From the NCBI GenBank assembly GCA_001784435.1, contig MFQZ01000010.1:105960-169959 (forward strand): a stretch of 64,000 nt of DNA, read 5' to 3'. Position numbers and translations under genes: made by a program. The notes beneath the pieces were generated by a model. The model made no database searches, was not told the DNA's origin, and saw only the letters and a program-made list of their open reading frames with translations. Numbering within the stretch: position 1 is the stretch's first letter; each line of letters begins with the position of its first letter. This stretch comes from Candidatus Magasanikbacteria bacterium RIFOXYC2_FULL_42_28. Lineage in GTDB: Bacteria > Patescibacteriota > Patescibacteriia > Magasanikbacterales > GWA2-37-8. Positions 57,604 through 64,000 of the stretch are shown here, piece after piece.

Positions 57604-60600
57604 ATGCGTCAACCGCCTAAAAAATTAGGTCTTTCGGCACTGTTAGCGATGTTTGTCGCGACCACGATGTTTGGTTCGCTTTTTACTTTAACTCCGGCGC
57701 GCGCGCAATGGACGATTGTTGGCGACTTACCGCGTATGGCGACTGAAATCGGTGAAAAAATCAAAGAAGGATTGGGTGTCGCGGTTTTAAATGGCGCGTT
57801 GCGAGCGGTTTCATACGCGGCGCGTAAAATCGCTTATGACGCGGCCGTATGGGTGGCATCGGGTGGCAAAGGTCAACAGCCGTTGGCTTTTAGCAAAGGG
57901 TTTGGCGCTTATATGAAAGATGTGGGCTCGGCGTCGTTTGGCGAAGCCGTGTCTTCAATCGAAGATCAATTTGGCGTAAGCATCTGTCAGATACCGGACG
58001 TAAAATTGGATTTGGCTTTACGGATTGGCATTCGCGGGTTAAACACGGTTGAACCTAAACGGCAAGGAGATTGCGATTTTCAAACATTTACGAAAAACTG
58101 GAGTTCGGAAAATTTAAAAAGTAAATATGGCTCTGTTGAGGGCTTAACTAAACAATTTAACGCGTCGCTTAAAACCGAGAATACGGATTTTGGTGTTTAT
58201 TTGGACTCGGTGGCTAAAATTGATGAATATACTAAAAAAAGCCGTGAGGCCTTGCTTTTGGATCGTCAAGAAGGCCAGGGAACAAAAAATTTAACCGATT
58301 ATGTTTCCGGTAATATTTTGACACCAGCGCAACAAGTTAAGAAATTTATTGATGATAACAGTGTGGGCGAACAGCAAAAAGCCGATCAAGCCACCATATA
58401 CTCGGCGATTGGGAGCGGTTTTGTCCAGGTGATTCCTTCTACCATCTCAATGTTTTTAAACACTTTGGCCGGCACGATGCTGAAGAATTTTATGACTAAT
58501 GGCACGTTGCCGTTTGGTTTGGGTTGCGTTGGCGAGAATAATAAAGATTGTTTGGGTGGTAACCCGGCGGAATTTGCCGGTAGTGGCGCGCGCGGTGGTC
58601 GGCAAGCGGCGCAAGCCGTGTTTAGCGAGTTGCTTGTTCCAACGATTAATCCAAACATTAGTTTTGATATTGTCGCCGAATTAAGCAGTTGTCCGGACAC
58701 GCCGTCGGCGTTTAATTGCCGAATGGATGGGGATTTAGTCGCCGCGCTTCAAAGTGCCTTTATTGTCGGTGGAGAACCGATGACCATAAGGGAGGCGTTA
58801 GATAAAGGTTATTTGCATAAAGATTGGCGCTTGTTGCCACCAAGTCGTCCGGAAAATCAAATTGATCGGGCTTATGAAACCGCCTATACTTATGCCAATA
58901 TTAAGGCCTTGCGTTTGGCGCGAATTTTGCCACTTGGTTTTGAAATTGCGGCTTTGGAAAGCGACCCTGATAATCCCTGGAAATTAGGTGAAGTGGTGGG
59001 CATGGAAGAGGGTGATGGCACCGGTTGGGAAGATTGCACTGATGTTGATAATAACGGCACCCCCGAATATGACGCCGCCAAAAAATTCTGCCACTTAATT
59101 GATCCTAATTGGATTTTGAAAGCGCCTAAAAGTCGGTGCAATGCTTTTGTATTTGGCAATCAACCGTTATCCGGTGGTGTGCCTAATCGCCTACAAGAAT
59201 GTGTTGATTTGAGCAGTGTGGTGGCTTACAATTCCGACAAAACGCCTTTGTCTTATGCCTATTGCGCGCGCGAAAAAAATGTTTGGAAATCAAACGCCGA
59301 CACTTGCGATAGTCAATACGCCACCTGCTTGGCTTACACCGCGCCCGATGGGCAACAGGTTGGGTATTTACAACGTACTTTAAATACCGGCAATTGCGAT
59401 GCCAGCAATGTCGGCTGCAGTGCTTATAGTTTAACGCAAAATTCCTCTGGAATTTGGCAACAGCCGGCGTTTGATGCAACTTTGGCGAATTTTAATCGGG
59501 GCATTCATTTTAATAATAAATTATCGTCAGCTTGTAGCGCCAATTCAGCCGGTTGTTCAGCATTCACATTGGCCGGCAATTTCCCCCCTTCTGCCCGAGG
59601 AGGGGGCGAGGGGGTGGTGGGAGCATTGTATTTACGTAAAGCCCCGGATTATTTAGGATGTTATGACGCCGAACCGGCCGTCGCGGGTGTAAAATGGCCG
59701 ACCACCACCGCTGAATTATCAATTATTGCTGTTAACAAAAAACCGCAATGCGCCGATTATTCCCAAGCGTGCATTCCGAGTGAAGTTGGTTGTAATATGT
59801 TTACGGCTGTAAAAAGCGGTTGGCAGATACCGGGCAAATTTACACCAGCGACGATTAAAAGTGACGGCACCGGCATTGAAAAATGGAACGACCAGTGTGA
59901 TGCCAAATGCGATGGTTATGATGGCTATGTCCGTTTGGCTGATAATTATTCCAGCAGTTCACCTGTGGATTATATCATTCCGTCCACCAACGCGACTTGC
60001 GCCCGAGAGGAAGTCGGTTGTACCGGTTTCACCAATATGAGCGCGGTATATGAGGGTGGGGAACAGGTGGAATATTTCTCGCTGTTGCGTTCGTGTATCA
60101 AGCCGGACGCGACTAAGCAAAAGAATTTTTATACTTATGAGGGCTCAACTTTGGGCGGGTATCAATTAAAGGTCTATACTTTGGAAAAAGATGAGGAGGG
60201 CGGGCCGAAATATTTTTATAAAGATGATGCCGAGCGCCTTACTTTTAACCAGCTTTGCAGTGAAGAAAAATACAAAGATAATACCGCCGCGACCGATTGT
60301 CGACAATTTAACGATGACCAAGGTGCTGTTTACTACCGTTTATTAGGTAAAACAATTGTCGTTTCGGACAAATGCACGCCTTATCGGTTAAATTCCACGG
60401 AAATGGAAATATCAACGCCAGGGAGTGAAAAATGTTTCCAAAACGGTGAATACAAAGATGGCTTTTGCTATTACAATGGCTTACCGGGTGGAGTGATCGC
60501 GTCCGAAGGCCAAAGTAATTCTTGTAGCGCCACGGCAGAGTCCTGCCACGCCTATAAAGGCAACGCCGGCAACAATATTGAAAATGTAGCCAGTTTAGAT

Positions 60601-63600
60601 TTTGAAAATTCGGATACGCCTTTAAGCGGTTGGAACTCTGGCGCGGTGTTATCAGTTGAAAGTACCAAAGTGGGCGGGCATTCGGTTGGTTATGTCGGCA
60701 ACGGCGCTTTGGAGTGGAGCGCGCAAGCCGATGATTCTGATACGGTTGGCTTGGTTACCAGCACCAGTTACTCTTTAAGTTTTTGGGCCAAAGGCCGAGT
60801 GGGTGGCGATGGTAATTTAAATGTTATTTTGGCCGGTGTGTCACTCGGCACAATCCAACTAAGCGATGTTTGGCGATTGTATGAATTTGGCGCCAAACAG
60901 ATTGTTAGCGGTGCTAACGCTAAATTGATTATCAACAATTCTGCGTCGGTCGCTAAAACAATTTATTTGGATAATTTACATTTAACCAAAGTAGTGGATT
61001 CGTTGTATTTAGTGCAAAAGAAATTAACCGTTGACCCGTTGTGCGACAGTAATTTAACCGATAATTTACCCGGCGAAGCGCTGGGGTGCAAGGGCTATAC
61101 CGTGCCGGATGTTTCCGCTACTTTTTATCTTACCAATTTCAGTTATTTATGCCGTGAAAACGCGATTGGGTGCACGGCTTTGATTGATACGCAGAATACT
61201 TTGGATACGGATAAGCCCAAGGCGTATAATGTCCAGTTGTTCGGTGGTAGTGGTGATTTAGTGCGGGTGGTAATAGAAGAGAAAGAATTTTCTTGTCAAA
61301 TTTTGGTGGGGGAAGACAAATGTCATGTAGATATTGACGGATTTGAAAAACTATTAACTGGCGGTATTAGCGGGGCGTTTGTTGACAGTATTGAGGAAGC
61401 AAAAATTGAATATAAAAATAATGTTGGGACGTGGATAGAATATTATCCCCAAAAAGAACCTGAATTTACCACTTCCACCGCCTTTATTCCCGCCGACACC
61501 GCCACTTCCACTCCAATCTATTTAGTCGCCAATAAAGAAGCCACCTGTAATCAAGTTGATCTCGGTTGTACTTACGCCGGCCTTCAAAAACAAACTCCCA
61601 CCGGTATTCAATTTACCACTGTTACTATTAAAAATGACCCAGCGCAATACGACGCGCAAGGCGGTGGTACTCTGTGTCAAGCCGAAGCGGTGGGGTGCAA
61701 CGCCTATACTTCCGGTGCCGGTAGCACCTATTATTTCAAAGATCCGATTGCTACCGGTCAAAAAGTTTGCGCTTACAAAGCGCGCGCGACCGCCCTTGGA
61801 TCGGACGCGTCCGGTTGGTTTTGGAAAGATGTGGGACGATGTGGTGGTGCTGATACTGGCGCTTACTGTTCGTCCAATTCTGATTGCGCGGTTGGAGTTG
61901 GTTGTGATAAAACACAAGATTGGGCTTGTTACCCGGATTATCGGTTAAGCGGTAATGATTTTGGCCTTTGGTCTTATGGCGATCGGACAAAATATCAAAA
62001 TTTCGTGGGGGAATGTCCTACGGCTCAAAGTGGTTGTACTGAATTTATTGATCGCAACGCCTCGGATCCGGCAACTGATTTGGCCTACACTTCGTATTTT
62101 TGGATAAAAAATAGCAAAATTGACTATGATACTTGCGCTGGTAAAGTAAGTTTAAGAGAGGGATGTGTTTTGTTTGACGAGACCGATGTTCCGCGCAAAC
62201 AGTGGAATATGGTGGCCAGTTACGAAGCCAGCGAAAACAACGACTCGCGTTTGACCGCGCCGGTTGATGTTAGCGGTCGCAATGATGCTAACCAAATTAT
62301 CAAAGTAACGCGCGACCGCGAGTGTGGTGAATGGTTGCAGTGTAAACGTTCGCATTCGGTTTTGGATACCAGCCAAAGTCCGGTCGGTAATAATATTTTC
62401 AAAGAAGTGTGCGAGGCGGTAGGTCGATGTGACGAAGGGCCAGCGGATAGTGGCGGAGACAGTATCACCAATTGCGGGCGTTTTGTGTCCGCGCCGTCAA
62501 AAGTTTTGACAGTAGAGGATTATCGTCGGCGCGATATTAATTGGGGTGGCATGGATTATTCTGGGTATTCTCTTTTGAATATGTATCAACCGGACGCGTT
62601 GGAACAATTTAATATCAGCGCTACCACTCGACCGGATTGGCGTTTAGTAAAACGAGTCCAATGTACGGCCGGTTTCGGCACCGAACAAGTGTGTCTTCCG
62701 CCCGCGCAAAACAATTCGTATGGCTGTAAAGTCAAGTATGGTGCGTCGGCAATTTCAACTGATGATGTGAGGTGTGCCAACAATGCTGTTTGTCGTAATC
62801 AAGTTTGTGTTCAAACTCATCGGGGCGATGATGATTTTGATGGTCCAACCGTTCCCGCTGAATCCAATTATACCGAAAATAAATTAGAGCCCGCTTGTCG
62901 CGCTTATCCGGAGGTTGATGCGCCGTTTCCGACCACACCGCAAATTAGTGGATCTGATCTGACTAACGCCTCCTCATTTTATCAGGCGGCGAATAAATGT
63001 AACGAAGCGATATCCGGCACGCGCAGTTTCACCTTGGATTGGGCCTGCGAGTGTGATTACACTAAAGTAACTTATGGTGAAACTCAAGGACTAAAACGCT
63101 ATTTTAATTATTTGGAACCAAACAGTCGCGCGACCGAACCGGGTGTGCCGGTTGGCATTTGCCAAAATGGTAATGTGGGTATTAGTTGTAGCACCGATGC
63201 CGAATGTCAAGTTGGTGGCGCTGTTGGTGGTTTTTGCGCTCTGAAACAAAAAGAATCCAAACTGCTTGGTTGGCGCGGTTATTGTTTGGAGCCGGATTAT
63301 TCGCGCTTGGCTTTTGCCGACCCGAATAAATATGCCTGTTTGTCGTGGTTGCCGGTGGGTTCATTGTCTGGTTTTGCCGATATTGACAACCAACATTTGG
63401 AAGCGGGGTATTTGCCAAGTGAGCAATTGCGTAGTTTGGGCTATACGCCACAAGGTGATGATTTGTTTGGGCAGTTTTATTGTCAGCAGTCAACCCGATT
63501 TGATAATTTGCTAGTTAATCGCGATGGTTCTAACGCTATCAAGGTAGATACCGCTAATGTTGATGATTGCTATAGTGATGATGTGAGTGTGGCCACACCG

Positions 63601-64000
63601 CATTCGCTGTTAAATAATTTTTCTGTTAGTACTAATATTATGCCAGATTTGAGTGCGCGCTGTTTCAATATAGCCAATACACAAGAAACAAATTTAAAAC
63701 AATCAGACATAGAGTATATTAAATTTACTGTGGCGGAAAACACTGATGAAAGTCCAAAACAGAACACTAATTTATTTATTTACCCCAATGTTTATAAGAA
63801 TGACAATAAACCGTATATTGTCGGGCATTTGCCACTTAAAGGAGATAGTAGTAAAAGTGGTATTTATGTGGCTGGTAATTTTATGGGCAAAAAGAATTTG
63901 CCGGCGTTCTTTTATAGTTCACAGAAAGATGATAAGGACGGCGACGGGACGTATGGCTACATTAATGACGAAGGGGTTTTGAGTGTAAAATACAAAGAAG
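57604..64000 (+). CDS. giant Cys-rich secreted protein (>2130 aa), 3' end beyond window
   Basis: No + strand stop in this frame to the window end; spot translations at 57604, 60001, 62401 and 63967 are all open; signal peptide MRQPPKKLGLSALLAMFVATTMFGSLFTLTPARA; many Cys pairs. Confidence 0.7.
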   Translation, partial: MRQPPKKLGLSALLAMFVATTMFGSLFTLTPARAQWTIVGDLPRMATEIGEKIKEGLGVAVLNGALRAVSYAARKIAYDAAVWVASGGKGQQPLAFSKGFGAYMKDVGSASFGEAVSSIEDQFGVSICQIPDVKLDLALRIGIRGLNTVEPKRQGDCDFQTFTKNWSSENLKSKYGSVEGLTKQFNASLKTENTDFGVYLDSVAKIDEYTKKSREALLLDRQEGQGTKNLTDYVSGNILTPAQQVKKFIDDNSVGEQQKADQATIYSAIGSGFVQVIPSTISMFLNTLAGTMLKNFMTNGTLPFGLGCVGENNKDCLGGNPAEFAGSGARGGRQAAQAVFSELLVPTINPNISFDIVAELSSCPDTPSAFNCRMDGDLVAALQSAFIVGGEPMTIREALDKGYLHKDWRLLPPSRPENQIDRAYETAYTYANIKALRLARILPLGFEIAALESDPDNPWKLGEVVGMEEGDGTGWEDCTDVDNNGTPEYDAAKKFCHLIDPNWILKAPKSRCNAFVFGNQPLSGGVPNRLQECVDLSSVVAYNSDKTPLSYAYCAREKNVWKSNADTCDSQYATCLAYTAPDGQQVGYLQRTLNTGNCDASNVGCSAYSLTQNSSGIWQQPAFDATLANFNRGIHFNNKLSSACSANSAGCSAFTLAGNFPPSARGGGEGVVGALYLRKAPDYLGCYDAEPAVAGVKWPTTTAELSIIAVNKKPQCADYSQACIPSEVGCNMFTAVKSGWQIPGKFTPATIKSDGTGIEKWNDQCDAKCDGYDGYVRLADNYSSSSPVDYIIPSTNATCAREEVGCTGFTNMSAVYEGGEQVEYFSLLRSCIKPDATKQKNFYTYEGSTLGGYQLKVYTLEKDEEGGPKYFYKDDAERLTFNQLCSEEKYKDNTAATDCRQFNDDQGAVYYRLLGKTIVVSDKCTPYRLNSTEMEISTPGSEKCFQNGEYKDGFCYYNGLPGGVIASEGQSNSCSATAESCHAYKGNAGNNIENVASLDFENSDTPLSGWNSGAVLSVESTKVGGHSVGYVGNGALEWSAQADDSDTVGLVTSTSYSLSFWAKGRVGGDGNLNVILAGVSLGTIQLSDVWRLYEFGAKQIVSGANAKLIINNSASVAKTIYLDNLHLTKVVDSLYLVQKKLTVDPLCDSNLTDNLPGEALGCKGYTVPDVSATFYLTNFSYLCRENAIGCTALIDTQNTLDTDKPKAYNVQLFGGSGDLVRVVIEEKEFSCQILVGEDKCHVDIDGFEKLLTGGISGAFVDSIEEAKIEYKNNVGTWIEYYPQKEPEFTTSTAFIPADTATSTPIYLVANKEATCNQVDLGCTYAGLQKQTPTGIQFTTVTIKNDPAQYDAQGGGTLCQAEAVGCNAYTSGAGSTYYFKDPIATGQKVCAYKARATALGSDASGWFWKDVGRCGGADTGAYCSSNSDCAVGVGCDKTQDWACYPDYRLSGNDFGLWSYGDRTKYQNFVGECPTAQSGCTEFIDRNASDPATDLAYTSYFWIKNSKIDYDTCAGKVSLREGCVLFDETDVPRKQWNMVASYEASENNDSRLTAPVDVSGRNDANQIIKVTRDRECGEWLQCKRSHSVLDTSQSPVGNNIFKEVCEAVGRCDEGPADSGGDSITNCGRFVSAPSKVLTVEDYRRRDINWGGMDYSGYSLLNMYQPDALEQFNISATTRPDWRLVKRVQCTAGFGTEQVCLPPAQNNSYGCKVKYGASAISTDDVRCANNAVCRNQVCVQTHRGDDDFDGPTVPAESNYTENKLEPACRAYPEVDAPFPTTPQISGSDLTNASSFYQAANKCNEAISGTRSFTLDWACECDYTKVTYGETQGLKRYFNYLEPNSRATEPGVPVGICQNGNVGISCSTDAECQVGGAVGGFCALKQKESKLLGWRGYCLEPDYSRLAFADPNKYACLSWLPVGSLSGFADIDNQHLEAGYLPSEQLRSLGYTPQGDDLFGQFYCQQSTRFDNLLVNRDGSNAIKVDTANVDDCYSDDVSVATPHSLLNNFSVSTNIMPDLSARCFNIANTQETNLKQSDIEYIKFTVAENTDESPKQNTNLFIYPNVYKNDNKPYIVGHLPLKGDSSKSGIYVAGNFMGKKNLPAFFYSSQKDDKDGDGTYGYINDEGVLSVKYKE
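59581..59623. repeat. family C repeat in frame inside the giant protein
   Basis: ttccccccttctgcccgaggagggggcgagggggtggtgggagc encodes FPPSARGGGEGVVGA. Confidence 0.7.

Overview
This 64 kb window has about 40% GC, compact genes and weak or absent Shine-Dalgarno sites, which suggests a chromosomal segment of a small-genome bacterium, possibly Candidate Phyla Radiation/Patescibacteria (inference). Core genes recognised on the + strand: rseP (3' part), pheS, pheT, dnaE, infB, trxA, gdhA, mutM, leuS, comEC (split), nusA, yidC, groES-groEL with a CIRCE operator, prfB (no programmed frameshift), tsaC and rsmA/ksgA. On the - strand: tsaD, a KamA-like radical-SAM enzyme flanked by tRNA-Met(CAU) and tRNA-Glu(UUC), an NDH-2-like oxidoreductase, hup, rny and truB. 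Accessory content: five toxin-antitoxin modules (HigBA-like, HEPN/MNT, HicBA, two AbrB-RelE copies). A GC-rich block holds a SAM-I riboswitch followed by a DUF62 SAM hydroxide adenosyltransferase gene. A roughly 5 kb island sits in the 3' end of groEL, flanked by a duplicated, diverged groEL tail. A >2100 aa Cys-rich secreted protein runs off the window end. Most striking, short GC-rich palindromic repeat families (here called A, B, C) and AT-rich 'ccaat/attgg' palindromes (D) are spread through the window and are inserted in frame into housekeeping genes (pheT, tsaD, truB, mutM, leuS, rsmA and others). leuS carries a complete alpha/beta serine-hydrolase domain. Four unrelated cargo genes share a conserved promoter module with a G10-11 tract between the -35 and -10 boxes (phase-variation-like) and a TTATCCACA-type DnaA-box motif. 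No CRISPR array and no rRNA gene were seen.
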